A stretch of DNA of 63,113 bases, filler included, from Choristocarpus tenellus KU-1152 (GCA_964200185.2; 12 parts of 12 records of this genome joined end to end with filler, not necessarily neighbours in it), one strand, 5' to 3'; positions 1 through 13,580 are shown, counted from the first letter of the whole stretch. Notes: generated from the sequence alone by a model not told the origin. Made by a program: numbers and translations.

Positions 1-119
1 CCTTCCAAGTGCAAAAACAGTTGCAAAAAAAAACCTTTCGGTACTTTTTCAAGACCGTTTTCGCAGAACAACCATCCTCATAGCCCCGCTCCATCCTCAA
101 TTTTTAAAATCCACTGTTA
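1..119. mobile_element. Terminus of TIR element family C (TAACAG..GAT..CAAAATTGAGGATGG)
   Basis: Ends CCATCCTCAATTTTTAAAATCCACTGTTA. The inverted copy starts at 4578; related ends finish at 1932 and 29336. No complete copy is visible. Confidence 0.6.
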
Positions 120-802
120 GTTGCAGTATATATTATCACAAGTAAAGCATTGTATAGGGCCTCTGACCAGGGTTAGGGTAGTCCCCAGACTATGGTACAG
201 CAATTACGTAGTAGTAAGAAAATCCTATTGGGTCAACGGGTGGTATTATTTCAACATACTATATGCAGGAGGATATGCTATTGTGTTGATTGGTAGAGTG
301 ATAGTTCTTTTTCTACTGCCACTGCAACATGTCATCTGGAGGGCATTGCATTCCATGACAATTTATCAACGTATCAATGAGGTGGTGTTGTAGGGACTTC
401 CGATATAAATATATGTATGTATGACCTACATAAAAGAGAAGTTGCATTACTCTTTCACAGGTACATTGTGCTGACATGTAAGTAGGTATCATGAGGATAT
501 CCTAGAACGATCTGGTTTTCCCTCACGATTTTATGTCTGCCTGCATATTTCTGAAGTCAATCATTCTATCAATGTGGAAGCAAGGGGATGGCGATGTCAG
601 AGGTATCGCAAGGGCTGCATGTAGTGTGTTGTTTAAAATTAACACGGAGTATAGCATACACAGAAGTAGATAGGGACTAAAGAGAAACCTAAAATCCCTG
701 TGTCTCATATGTTTGCGACCATAAGGGTGTAACTTCTCGAGATGACTCCTGGTGACAAAGCGGTCGTTCACATTGGATTCCTCGATGTTTTTTACATGAA
801 GT

Positions 803-1640
803 TCATTCCTCGTCACTTTCCTCGTGCACACCAACCAATCCGCCTATCAATCGATGCGTCGAGAGCCCTCTGTCGATTCTGACCGATTTTGGCAGACTTC
901 CCTCACGCTCCCTTTTCTTAGTTCCAGTGTGATGTACCTCGAAATTGTTACCCCCTAGCGCTTTCAAAACTTGATTGTACCACATAAAGAGACTCTGCCA
1001 CATCCTCTCTAAAGTAGCTGTGTCGTACCCGCTGTACATGTTCTTTACCCCCTTCACAAGGCCATCTCTCGTACTGTAACACTCCCTCCAAACTCTACTT
1101 TTGGGGGATGAGAGATCAGGTGACCGTGCAGGCTGCTTTACGAACTTGACGCTCCACCTCCTCTCCTTCCTGGTGTTGTGGGATTTCCGTGGCGCTTCTT
1201 TTCCAGTATGAGGAATCACTCCATCCTGCTGCATGACCACCCCCTCACCCTCCAACCACGACGTTTTTTCCTTCAATGCGGTGAGACAACTCTCCACGTA
1301 TCATTCCCGATATCGCTCAGCGTTGATGGTCACATCGAAGTCGTACTAGTCTATTCGGACATCTCTCGCTCTCACAGAGGATCGAATTTCTCTGCTCCTC
1401 CTGCTTGATGACGCAAACACACCAGATTCCGATCTTGCCATCGAAATCGCAGGAAGGATCTGGGCGTGAAATGGCCCAGATGAACATCACCTTAGGAATG
1501 TGACTGTTTTGCTGTACCTTGGTGGAGCTTAAACTTTCATCCCCAGGGAACATGTGTGGACGCGCTCCCCGTCGTAGATGAGGTGGAACCATGCTTCGTC
1601 GTTGATATAAATGGTGTTGAGACCGTTTCTGTGATCGATG
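803..1640 (-). mobile_element. Decayed Tc1/mariner (plant-type DDD) transposase fragment
   Basis: Frameshifted pieces: KVQQNSHIPKVMFIWAISRPD, FDGKIGIW, QQDGVIPHTGK, QPARSPDL, YNQVLKALGGNNFEVHH; collinear with the 37387-38475 copy. Confidence 0.85.
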
Positions 1641-1879
1641 TTGTCCTGGCTGCTTGGCTACAGGACTTGCATTGTATATGGTCTGGAGGCTAAGCGAAAG
1701 TCGTACGGCTCTTGGCGAGGTGTTGAGATACTATTTGATAATGGGGGACGTTGTTACTGCCACCGACAGCCCGTATATTCGATTCCACAACTCGGAACAG
1801 ATTCGAAACTATTTCGAAATAAACTGCCAAAATCGAAAAAAAAAATCATATCGACACTTTATCCCAGTCAATTTTGGGT

Positions 1880-1932
1880 CAAGCCCATCCTCAATGAAAA
1901 GCTCCATCCTCAATTTTTGAAATCGGCTGTTA
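1880..1932. mobile_element. Family C TIR end
   Basis: CCATCCTCAATGAAAAGCTCCATCCTCAATTTTTGAAATCGGCTGTTA, near-identical to 29290-29336. Confidence 0.55.
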
Positions 1933-3999
1933 ATTTGAGTCATACATCACTGGGAAAGTCTTCATATTCGTGAAGAAATGGTTAAAGCAAAAAGTGAACA
2001 TTCATAACGTCGCAAATGTATGGGACAAAGGGAGTATATTTATGTGTGTGCGTATAGGGGACGATCTTTTCCTCCTTACGATATTATTCGCAACGGTTTT
2101 CATACAGAAACGTGGTCATTTTAAATAGTGTGGTTCCGGAAGTAGTAGAGGTCACCTGACATAGCGAAAAAAAATAGCGAAATCAAGAATACGGACAACA
2201 TGGAACCGACAAAATAGGTACACCTTTAGTAGGTAGACTCAAGCGACAGTGAGAAAGGTAGCCTGGTTTTCCTACCTGTTCTAGTCCTCATGAAGCTATA
2301 CATACATACGCTATCATATGAGGATCAAAGCTGCCCCTCTGCTTCTCAACTCGCTATTCTACCACATACACAAGAACTTGAAAAACCATCCTCAATCATG
2401 ATCCACCCAGCCCTGACAAGTACAATAACTTGTCATAATTTCACAGGGTGGGCCTGTGGCATACTTGACTTCTATTGATGAACACTACAAGATACATGTA
2501 CATGTTGGAATAAACTGGAGTAGGATGGGATACCTATTCCCTCACAAGTATATGATCCTGTGCATTGTACGACTTCATCGAAATCCACTTAAGACAAAGT
2601 GGGGACTTCTGCACCTTCTCTAAACGAGTGGTGCACTTATTTCTCATGTCAATTAGATTACTACCCAGCACACCTGAAGGCTGGTTGGTGTGTATGGGGA
2701 ACGGAGTGTGTGTACAGCAGAGCCAAATTGATAGGTAGGCAGGTCTAAACCCTTTGTTGAATACCTTAGTGCATGAAAGGCTCGTTGCCCAAACCCGCTT
2801 GGTTGACTTTCTTGGCAAACATACACATTATAAATTCCCCACTGACATTGTCACTGACGTATGAATAAATGTTGACTCATCATACCGCTATATACGTTAC
2901 TACTCTGCATTGTACCCAACTAGAGATAAACTTAACAGGAAATTGTGTTTTATATTTGTATCAGAACATAAAACGTAAGGATAACACTAGGTTATTCGAC
3001 ACCCTTTTCCATTCCAAGTCGTCCTTATCCTATCCAGTACACTCTACTTTATGTGACAATAGTGTACGCAAAATTGATATTGCCCCTCTCTACACGCAAA
3101 GTGACGCCACAATTAGACAAAGGCTCTTTCTGCCAATTGCAAAATTGGGTCCTACCTTTCTCGGATCCTAATATACGACCCTGCCTACCTCTTGACTGGT
3201 TTGGCTCAGCAACACATATGCCATGGCCGCCATGCTTGCCCAGCGAAATGCAAGGGTTTGACACACTGGGACCCTTGGTGTTGAAGCGGAGTGAATGGAG
3301 ATGTTCTTTTCCTGGAGTGTAATTAGGCATAATGTGGACCCCCCTGAGGAAAGATAGTCTTCTGAGTCTTTTTGAAGATTCCCCTTCCCCCCATACCCTC
3401 CTTAATTAATTTTGTTGATTCAAGAGGTAGTGTTCGGAAGATCGATTGACCAAGAATTCCACCGAGCTTTTTCTGTTGGCTCCAAGGCATAGAACTTGTG
3501 GTTGAACCTTCAATAGACGCAAAGCAGCACGTGAGAAATGGTAGAGCTACGTGGAGAGGGGGAAGGATAGAAGGGAAGAGGTAAGTGAAGGATGAAGGCT
3601 GGGGTCAAAAACCTTTGCCTTGGCAGTATAAATGGTTGCTCACGAGATGCACATATTACAATGACAATACCTGGCACCTTTGTCCCAGCTGTACACCAAG
3701 TTGTGAGTGATTTTGTCCAACATTTATTCTGTACAAAGTCCCCTAAGAAATGCGTGCGTAAAGCTTACCAAAGTTCACTGCAGTGATTACAAGCACAGGA
3801 AAGATACGACAGGGGCGAGGTGTTCCCACAACACTTCAAAGAAGCATCAGATGAAGTCCAGATTAGGGATACCGCAGGAGCAAGGAGTCCACTTGAAAAA
3901 GCGCATATTTCTTTTACCTTCCTACCTGCTATCGGCAGGGTATCGAGGGACAGGGGACGGGAGAATAAGGACTTGCCATGGGCCACCAAATAATTCAAT

Positions 4000-4285
4000 A
4001 AAGGAAGGCCTGATGTTTTGTGGGTCCCTAATTTCTACCACTCAGATCAAAGTAATTGTAAAATACTGGAGTTGCTCTGAGTATGAGGGCTATTGGAACT
4101 GCAGTAAACACGTTAGCTACCAAGGTGTTAACGGGATATTTCTACTAAATGATACTCTTGTGGGATCAAATCCCAATACGGATACTCAACCACACTGTGA
4201 TAACTGGTTTCCCACCGAAGTTAGTCACTGAATAAAGGGATTGCTACCCTCAGGCGAAACGTCAGCAAGTCTAAGAGCTTGCGAT
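4000..4285 (+). pseudogene. Possible piggyBac-like transposase relic
   Basis: YEG...CDNWFP followed in another frame by GIATLRRN, resembling the piggyBac DNWFTS...GTLRxN region; heavily decayed. Confidence 0.3.
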
Positions 4286-4369
4286 CCCCAGGACTAGGCT
4301 ACTCTCTCCATAGTCCATATATACAGTCCATCCAGTTCCATCAACTAGTGTTCATTGTTGACCTATCCA

Positions 4370-4643
4370 GACCCAAAGCATTTTCGAGGGTAGGAGTTTT
4401 GCCCTGTTTGTCCGTTCGGGTCTTGGCTTCCCACAGGTTTTTTATACCCTTTTTCGGTTTTCTGTGTAAACCCAGTTGCCTAGACCAAAAGTATCTGGGA
4501 GGGGGATGAAGTCTAAATCAGGGTGTCCATTTTGGACCAAAATCAGCAGAGTGAATTTATATTCTCCATCCGACATATAACAGGGGATCCTCAAAATTGA
4601 GGATGGCGCGGGACTATGAGGATGGTTGTTTTGCGAAAACGGT
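4370..4643. mobile_element. Stack of three truncated TIR elements (family A-like 4370, family B 4483, family C 4578)
   Basis: Family A body (GAGGGTAGGAGTTTTGCCCTGTTTGTCC), then family B start GACCAAAAGTATCTGGGAGGGG, interrupted after CCGACATA by TAACAGGGGATCCTCAAAATTGAGGATGG. Confidence 0.7.
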
Positions 4644-4743
4644 NNNNNNNNNNNNNNNNNNNNNNNNNNNNNNNNNNNNNNNNNNNNTTAATTAATTAAN
4701 NNNNNNNNNNNNNNNNNNNNNNNNNNNNNNNNNNNNNNNNNNN
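4644..4743. other. Artificial contig spacer (N44-TTAATTAATTAA-N44), first of eleven
   Basis: Identical 100-nt spacers at 4644, 7689, 10320, 14627, 21092, 29130, 36176, 38876, 48978, 53524 and 58406; the 12-mer has stops in all six frames. A separate 10-N gap lies at 31766-31775. Confidence 0.97.
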
Positions 4744-4812
4744 ATCAAAATCGCAACATTGGATTGTCATCCACAAATGGACGCGGCTCTACCCTCTAAG
4801 ATACTTTGGCTT
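4744..4812. mobile_element. MITE family A, right end at contig start
   Basis: ATGGACGCGGCTCTACCCTCTAAGATACTTTGGCT. Confidence 0.85.
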
Positions 4813-5721
4813 ACTTCATCCATTGAAATATTGGTGAATTGCATAACAGAGAAAAACTGGTTTGGCTCGGTGTTTCCACACATCGGAGTGTTGATCAAAA
4901 TCATTGTATAACACCTTGTTAAGCACTGTCAGACACCAACGCTACCCAAATGTTGTTAGCATTATATAGCGTTGACTCCTCGTTTCTCTGTTTTCGTGTA
5001 TCCTCTGTTTGTTGTACAGGATACCAGCGACCTCCTATATGCTACCCCCGTGTACATCTCTTGGCTCAAATTTAGTTAGGCTACGACCACATTCCTGAAT
5101 CCGCATTTCCTCAGACCTTGAGCTTGATGATGATGCTATACTGAATACACTCAGACCTCGTAAAGGTTGGTTGCTATGCTGACCACAAACCATTAAATTT
5201 TTGGCTATTGATTATCCTGACCAGATGCTCAATTATTATCTCACATTCGTTAATATTTACACTTAATTTGATTTAATGAAGTCGTGTAATAGAGCAGTGG
5301 TCTACATTAGTAGGGTAACACTCACTCCTGCTTCCGTTCTGATCGCAGAGGTCACCTCTCATTAACCCCATGCTTACTTCACTTCGAGACTTATCACCTT
5401 GGACTGAGCCACACCCTCTCAGAATTACCCAACCTACAATAATTAATAACTCTTTGTTATATAATATGTTCATATGCGGGGGCATGTGGTACATAATATG
5501 TGCATATACAATTAGATCTTTTCAATTTGAAATGCCACTTGGCGATCATTTCTGGTTGTTAGTTCTAATGTTGGTATGTTCCTATGAGTTAAGTGTGTTG
5601 TTTTACTCTTCCCTGCCTTTCTTCCTGTTACCACGTTTCTGCGCTGGCAAAACAGTTGTATTATATCCTATGAGGTAGGGTAGCGCACACAACTGCGGTT
5701 GAGTAATCTCTCTCTGTTCCT

Positions 5722-7688
5722 ATGCCGTGGGGGGATCGTTGGTGGACGACCAGGGGAGAGCAGGCTCTCTGCGATCTGACGTCTGGTTGGAGCGCAAGAA
5801 CCCTTGCTCTTGCGCTGTCCTTACTGTATTTCTGCCTTGGTTGCTCTGGGGGTGTGCGGAGTGTGAGAGGAACAGACAAGATGTCAAACACCCCCCGCGA
5901 CATAGCCAGATTGTCTACAACCCGTGCAATGATGTGTGGCGAGGCCAAGGTGGATAGTTCCTTCCTTCCATTGGATTCCAGTGACTGCGCGACCTTTGGA
6001 CAAACCCTGCAGTCCTCGGGGGTTAGCTTCAGAACCCACGGGGCTGCTTCAGCTACTACAGCAGGTAGCATTGCTTTTATCCCGCCTCACTCCCACGGGT
6101 CTTCGAGTCAATGGGCGGGTAGACAGCCAACTCTTGGCTATAGAACACATGCAGCGAGTCATAGTGAGTTCACTGCAGAGCAACCGTATCATGCTTTTCA
6201 AGATGGGTTCAGGCCCCAGGATTCCCACCAATTTCATTCTTTGTCCATGGGAGCTGACTTTTGGAACTTAGTTGGGTCCCCAACACGGGGACGAGTTGGC
6301 GAGACCAGTTGTTCTACATGGGGTTACGGAGGGGCACAAGCATTGCAGGCTATGAGAGTCCCCGCTTTCAAAGAGGAAATGCCGTCACGTCTACCACTAA
6401 TTATTACAATTGGTCCTCAATGCTCGGGTAAGACTACAACTCTTCGTTCCTTTGAGAGCTCAATGCTGGAGAGGGGAAATTGGCGACTTCAGGACATTGC
6501 TATCGATGACCACCCCAATGTAAGGGCCATCTCTGGTGATAATGGTGGAGGATGGGGGATTTCGCGAGGCACTTCATACTTGTGTTTTGTTTGTAGGATA
6601 GCGGGAAAGGCATGGGCATAACCTGTTGCAATGTTCCGTAAGTTGCATTTCAATAACCGCCCCTTGGCATGCTACCAGCGACAGAGCAGATAGAATGGAT
6701 AGGAGACCTCAGCTTATTTAGTCGAAGTATCCAGCACTCCCGAAAATTTCTTGTCGAAGAATGCTCTCTTCGGTCTTGCCACGTAGGTGGGATGGCACAA
6801 TATGGCAATCCCACTCTTTGCCAGACTCCAACCGTAGGTGATACTGAGGAAGCATTTGTTCCCTACAGTCTTTGTTGCAGGTGATAATTTGGTGGTCGAC
6901 CCTACCCTGTCAAAGAATATCCGCAATATGCTTATTTTTCGGTCAAGCCTACCGGCTCCTTACTTGTACCTGTTGGTTTGACTGGGAACCAACCAGTAGG
7001 GGTAGGACTTGCTCCGACTCATTCTCCTTTCTGGGCAGTGTCTGTTCACCTATAACGTGCGTATAGAACCTCCCGAAATGAACTGTTTTATGTAATTATG
7101 CAAAAATAACGTGGTATTGTGACGTCAGAATGATGCACTCTACTTCCAAAATCCACACAATCCCCCCCCTCCCATGTACAAAGTGATGTTATCTTTCTTT
7201 TCTTTTTTTCACACCTTGACCTGTCAAACGCTCCTCTGAATCGAACAACAAAGGTCTACCATACCATCCCCATGGAGGCACTCCTCCGAGACCCATGGGG
7301 TCAGCAGCAACCTGGGGGCGGCGGCTGGGAGGGTAGAGGGGTGGCGCCAGGCGCCCAGGAGAGAGCAGTATTGGTACACGGCAGATCGGTGGAGTGGCGT
7401 CTTCGTGATAGGGCTTGTCATGAGAGTCGACTTGTGGCACTGAGGCTGCTGGGAAGGATGACGGAGGCAGAGTTTAGTGCCGAGGCAGCAGGCCTGTACC
7501 TGGGATCAGAGCCCGGAGCTTGGGCACGGGGAGTTGGGGGGGCATTCGACAACAGCAAGGCGCAGGCAAGGGAAATGTGTGTTGAGTGTGGACTGGTTGA
7601 GAGAACGGCGGCGGCGGGCGGGTGGGGGGGGGGGGGGGGGGGGTGGGGGAGTCCTACGGGGGATATTTAGTGCCCTTTCCGTGGTTCT
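5722..7688 (+). CDS. P-loop NTPase/kinase-like protein (AAA_33-like), 5' exons, partial
   Basis: Exon 1 ends at 6519 (AAT|GTAAGG) and contains Walker A LIITIGPQCSGKTT and DIAIDDHPN. Exon 2 starts at 7254 (AAAG|GTCTAC) in phase 0: VYHTIPMEALL..HESRLVALRLLGRM. Start codon and end of exon 2 uncertain; contig ends. Confidence 0.65.
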
Positions 7689-7788
7689 NNNNNNNNNNNN
7701 NNNNNNNNNNNNNNNNNNNNNNNNNNNNNNNNTTAATTAATTAANNNNNNNNNNNNNNNNNNNNNNNNNNNNNNNNNNNNNNNNNNNN

Positions 7789-10100
7789 GTGGTTGTGTTG
7801 CAGGTGGGCGCTGAAGTCCATGGGCATGGCGGCATGTCCTTTGGGGAGGCGGGATTCGCAGTGTTTGTATTGTTGCGTCTGCCAAATGGTGGTGTTGTGA
7901 TGAAGAAAGAAGCTCTTGTCGAAGTTTGCAAATATGACGTTTAGGAGTGTAGGGAATCCCTCCGTCCTTGGGAACAGCACGTGCATCGAATGGGCCAGGT
8001 GGTGGTCGCGTACCGAGCGTTGTTGCTGGTGATAGGTCGTGGTGATTCAGGCTTTGTTTTGGTGTAATCGATTATGTTTGGTGCTGTGGGAGGGAGCATC
8101 TGCCCGTTGTTTGACGAATACGCCGTGACACATTCAATATACACAATAATTATTAGTCGACCCGTTTGTCCCTCACCTTTCGCCTCCGGCTGTGACTGTC
8201 CGTAGATCCTGTGGCGTCTTCGTCATCGTTCTCCTCGGTCCTGTTCCTCCTAAAGTCGGGGGCGGACTCTCCCACCATGCACTTAGCGATAATCAAATCG
8301 TCCGTCATGAGATTGTCCGCCCTCATCTCTGCATATTTTGCCTTTATCATCTAGATCATGTCATCTTTGGTGGTCCTGCTTGGGGTGGCGATGCCAAGTC
8401 TAGATGACAGCGCCTGTGTGGCAGTGTAGACGGGCATAGAGATTTTTTGCAGCATGGGCGTGTGGTCTGGATGTGAGCATGGGGATATGGTCGATTAGTG
8501 GGGTAGGTTGCCATGTCGGTCCGGGACCCAGTGTGAGGGTGGAACCGGACAGATTCGTCTTCCAAAACTAACTAGTCGGTGAGTGTTTCGATAAGGCGCA
8601 CCTTTATCTCCTGGCAAGTCTTTCGTTGCAGGTCCACCTCCACCGCCGGGGTGTATGCGTGGATGAACTCGTTCCATGTCACACGGGTGCTGTGAGAGTC
8701 CAACATACAAGGGCACTGATTGAAAGTATCTTAGAGGGTATGAGGTTTGCCCTGTTTGTTGTCCATTTGGGGCTTGGCTTCCCATGTTTTTTTAAATGAT
8801 ATTTTCCTACTCCAAAAAGTGTCATAAGTAGGTAAAATGTGTGCGTTATGAAAAGGTGTGTCCAGAACATGGGTATTGTCACTTCCTAACAAACATGAAG
8901 GTCAAAATTACAACGAAATCGCAACATTGGATTTTGACCCCCAAATGGACGCGGCTCTACCCTCTAAGATACTTTGACTCACTTCCAGATCGGATGAAAT
9001 TTCCAGTCACACCTGTCACATGTACCGTCGACACATGAATTTTTGAAACTGCCCAAGGAACTGCCAGAGGACGGTTTGCCGAAGGGTTCCAGCACGGTCC
9101 TCTCGCATCTGTTTTGTTTTGATTAGTCCAAGAGCGGGTTTTGTTGTCAGTGTAGAGGTTTGAATAGCGGATCGAACGTCACTAGTGGAGACCGGCTGTC
9201 GCTACCACATATTTAGAGGACGTAGTGAAACGGTTTGAGGGTGAGTACATTGGTGTGTATCTACAGTGGTTTCATTATTTTGGATACCATTCCAGCTCGT
9301 CACGATAACACATTCGCCACATCATGAGTGTGGTTTGGCATACAAACTTGCAAGAGGAAGGCCATTAAATGAGCACCCCTTTGGAGTGCGGCCTCCACTT
9401 CTTCAGACCCGCATTCTTTGCCTTTGTCGCAGAATGCGCATGTGCATGCACAAGTGCGTTGTCCATCGTCGCCAAAGAATGTCCTTGCATGTATTTTCTC
9501 CCAGTTCTCTCTTAAGCATTGAACCTGGAGGTCGGTGGTCATGTGGTGAATGCAAACGCATGATCTGTGTTGCGTGGAAGAGTGGAGGGAGGGATACGGT
9601 GGGTTAGTACCCGTTGTGTGTGGACACGGATGATGCAGCATGTGACTGGGTACCCTGTGACGGTTAGGAAACATAGACTTACCCAATCATCACTGTAGCG
9701 TGTGTCCTAACAATCGAAAGACTATTTCTGCACACACCTTGGCATGGCCTTTGTTGTTTAGAACGGTCTCCACTTCACGAATGTCGACAGACAGGGTATT
9801 GGTCCTGACATCCCCTCCTGTTCGAAGCTCTCCCTGAAGTTCGCGTAGACATCATCATCTGCCCAATCTGTGACCTGTTGTAACGTCGGTTGCACCATGT
9901 GTACGTAGTGTAATGTCAACGTTTTGTTGGTCGAGGATGAACATGTTACAACGATTAATCCATAAAGTGTCGAGGGTGAATACGCACAATTTTTGTGAGG
10001 ATGATGACACTTGCTAGTGTAGAGTACCTCTGAGCGTGCTGTTGGCACAGTGCATCCGGGCGACAAACTCTCTTGTTCGTATGCGGGTTTAAGTAGTGCA
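7789..10100 (-). mobile_element. Decayed Sola2-like DNA transposase
   Basis: Minus-strand pieces VYANFRESF..PCLSTFVKWRPF plus a Cys-rich stretch (~9700-9850), and FFLHHNTTIWQTQQYKHCESRLPKGHAAMPMDFS (7789-7986), which resembles the WQxxQ...DF(A/S)EN first-Asp region of Sola2 transposases. Stops and frameshifts; MITE inserted at 8718. Confidence 0.45.
8718..8980. mobile_element. MITE family A, full length (263 bp), TSD ACT
   Basis: TIRs GATTGAAAGTATCTTAGAGGGTA ... TACCCTCTAAGATACTTTGACTC; ACT at 8715-8717 and 8981-8983. Confidence 0.9.
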
Positions 10101-10195
10101 TTCCCGGAGTGGAATCATGAGATGTGACTGGATCGTGGGGCATGGCAGTGCTGTTGCTCTCCCATACGGTGATACCAAGAACATGTGTATCAGGA

Positions 10196-10319
10196 GGGTC
10201 AAAGTATCTTGGGGGTGGTGTCGGCGTCCGTTCTTCACCCTTTTTTCTTTTTTTTTTTTTTTGGTGTGATTTGGTCGCACGGATCGGATTTGAAATTTCA
10301 GCAAAAAAAAGGTTTGTTT
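10196..10319. mobile_element. MITE family B-like end, truncated by contig end
   Basis: GGGTCAAAGTATCTTGGGGGTGG..GTGTGATTTGGT. Confidence 0.7.
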
Positions 10320-13300
10320 NNNNNNNNNNNNNNNNNNNNNNNNNNNNNNNNNNNNNNNNNNNNTTAATTAATTAANNNNNNNNNNNNNNNNNNNNNNNNN
10401 NNNNNNNNNNNNNNNNNNNGGTGTGCAACAACCACCACACCCAGGCTGCGTGACTCGACCAATCAGCCGTCCCTGTTCCTTGGGACCATGATACACCGAC
10501 ACATCTTCAAGACAGCACGAAGACCAAGCACAAGGGCACCACCTGATCTTGCGTTGCATAGCTAGTACCTGAGATCATGGAGGGTTCAAATGAAACAATA
10601 AGCAAACAGCAAACGAAGTCAGTTGATGAGGCACAAGCAGGTTGGAGGGTGTCCCTCAATACAACGACCACTCACTAATCACAGATCAAAGGGTGTCATC
10701 AAACACAAGTCAGAGTGTGGAAAACAGGTCACAGAGATGTGCTTGCTGTCCTTCACTATTACCAAACCAAATTTGGTAGTTCTGGAAATGCATGCTGGGT
10801 GGAACAGTGGGAACCAGAGGATCACTAATACCAACACAGAAGAACTAAACGAGTACAGGGCGTGATCTAAGCCCTCCAAAATCGCAACATTCAATAGGGT
10901 CCACAAGGCACATGGATCCTGTGACCACTTTCACAGCGTTTTGTGCTGCATTGGCTAAATCAATTGCCACACTCAAGCTGCACACAGTCACACATGGTAG
11001 CTGCATCAAGAAGCACATGTACTGCATTGGTGGACACCTTGGGAATTGCTTTGAATTGAAAATCATTGAAGACATTTTGCTGGAATAATTTGAGTTACTA
11101 TTTATTCAACACAAATGGATTGGTATTTTCCGTGCCTCATGCCCTGTAGCATCCAACATCCTGATGTGGGCTGGGCGCAGGCCCGCATAGCAACAGCGCC
11201 AACAGAATCCGGTTTCGTCTACTGCCCGAAAAATCTGGACACCCGCATGGTTGCTGATGTTGTATCTGTGCGGATCAACATTGTAGTAGAGAGGAAAGAA
11301 TTAGAAAGATAAGGACTTGACACCAATCAATGACTAAACTAACCAGACATGTTATCAAGGCCGGTACCTTCACTCAGACAAGGGCCTCTTCACACAACAA
11401 AAACGTCTTCAGGTTGGAGAAGCATCTCTCAAATCCATGTGCTCAATTGTGCCTAATAATAGTTCTAAAACTTTGTCCATTCATTTTGCCCCCAAAGCAA
11501 TTCTGGGCGAGCATCCTTTCAAGAAATACTAGTGGTAAAGTGATAATTCAACATCATCTCGACATTCTTGAAACTGCCCATTTTTCCAGGAAACTAATGC
11601 AGGATAAGGTAAGCTGCCCACCCGAACCTTGCTGCCAGTAGGAACCTCAATGCCAGGGGGTTCTCCCTGGCCCACAGGTACATCAAGAAACAATTAATGA
11701 GGAATATTCACTTAATGCCCAACTCATCTTAATATTACACCCAATATGCTGATGAATGGATAAACACTACCATTGGTGATGTGGACCCACTGTTACAGCA
11801 GGGGATGCGAGGAAGAAGATACTGCGACACTAAAGTGACCCTACAATTGAACCAGGCGAACTCCTGGAGGAGTTAGGGGGAGAACACACTGCGGAAATTG
11901 TTTCAAGTCTGGCAGACATTCAAAGACCCCGTTTGATTACTCATTAAGTTGGGACAAGGTTTTCGACCAGGGCGGATAGATGGGAAAAGATTCGATGGCC
12001 CAATGATAGAGAGGCAAAAGGATATAGATATTGTAGAATTACACCATTTCCCGCCAAGAAATTCGAGTATTACATCGAATTTTAGTAGGACATAGCGGAG
12101 TTACGAATGCTTGTACGCAAAACACACTCCTGGAGAAAAAAACTAGAAAAAAATTTGATCAAAGGGTATGGTCAAGAGGAACATTGCTCATAGGAACTAG
12201 CGTGAAAAGTGACTTTTCACGTGTCAAGGGCATTACATCCTCCATGCATGGTGAATGTAATCTTATTTGTAGTGAAGCACACTTATAGCCACGTTCTACC
12301 ATCAAACACACACAAAATACCTTCCCTAGTAGAAGGAATGGTTCCAGAATCTACACCAAATGAACTGGATGTGAACATTCTCTATTATGATTAGAGTTTG
12401 TCACGAAGTAGGTAATCGATATAAGATGAGCAGTTTACTCCATTCCCGATTTTCTAGCACAAGCATTACACGATCACCGTAAAATCAATCATCTGTACCG
12501 TCAATACGTGGGCACAACTGCAAGATTAAGTAAAAGCACAGTGAAGGTCGCCAAAAAATGCCAAGAGCGGAAATAGCACCCTCATCTCATCACGAAATCA
12601 TGTGATCAACATACGCGACAAAGTTCCTTCGAACAACTGAGGGTAGGCTTTAACATGAACAGGTGGAAACCGAACTGTTATGCACTGTTTGGATGAGAGG
12701 ATAATGAATTTACCGGAAATTCCACGATCAACCCAATACCCATCGATCTTTACGTCTTGGAAACCATCCTTCGTAGGGATCACGCACATGCTCTTGCCCT
12801 CAAAGTCGGTTACAATGGCTTGTGCCGTTGCCTCTAACTTCTCGATCCGCTGGTGCATCATCAGTCCATCCAACATGTCAAGAACTTCAAGGCCTGAGGG
12901 AACACCTGGTATCTTAGGAACGCCTTTCGCATCCATCCAATGGCCGTCAAAAACTTGCCCTGGTAGTTTTGATGGCGATTGCATTCCCTGGTTGTTAGCA
13001 ATCTGCCCCTGTTGGTGAACCATCGGCAGACTCGCAGGTGGGACCTGAGCCTGACCTGGAACTACGACCAGACGCTGACCGGAGTATTCTCCAGCGCCAG
13101 GGTATTCTTCCCGTTGCTGCGATGGATATCCCTACGTTTGAAGATGGTTGAGAATGTGCGTTTTTGGAGTGAGATTTTGCAGGTATGGCGAAGATGAACA
13201 AAAATGGACAGAATCAGAGGTTCATCAGGAACAAACTCCCAATCAAGCACATCGTCCCAACTCTTGACTCCAATAGGAGTAGGTTTTTGTCGTAGCGCAT

Positions 13301-13509
13301 ACTCCCCGTCCTGGCTTCCCGTAGGTATCGAAACATATCATGTAAGCAACATGGACAAAACGAATAGGTGTGTCGGTAGAAAGCAAACAAGGTGAAACAA
13401 TTGGAGAAGAAGGTGCACCAGAGGACCTACAATTGCAACTTCTTACCTGCATTTCCCTGGTGAACCTTAAACCAGATGTAGAATTTTCCAGAGGTGTAAG
13501 CAAGGTGGT

Positions 13510-13580
13510 GAGCCAAAGTATCTTAGATGGTAGAGCCGCATCAATTGGGGGACCAAAATTCAATATTGCGATTTTGATGG
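13510..13580. mobile_element. MITE family A, truncated and fused to AT-rich foreign DNA
   Basis: GAGCCAAAGTATCTTAGATGGTAGAGCCGC..GCGATTTTGATG, after which similarity to family A stops. Confidence 0.8.

Noticed and set aside
4688-4699. Recurrent TTAATTAATTAA palindrome as a biological repeat
   Set aside because: Always centred in an exact 100-nt N spacer; it is a concatenation linker.
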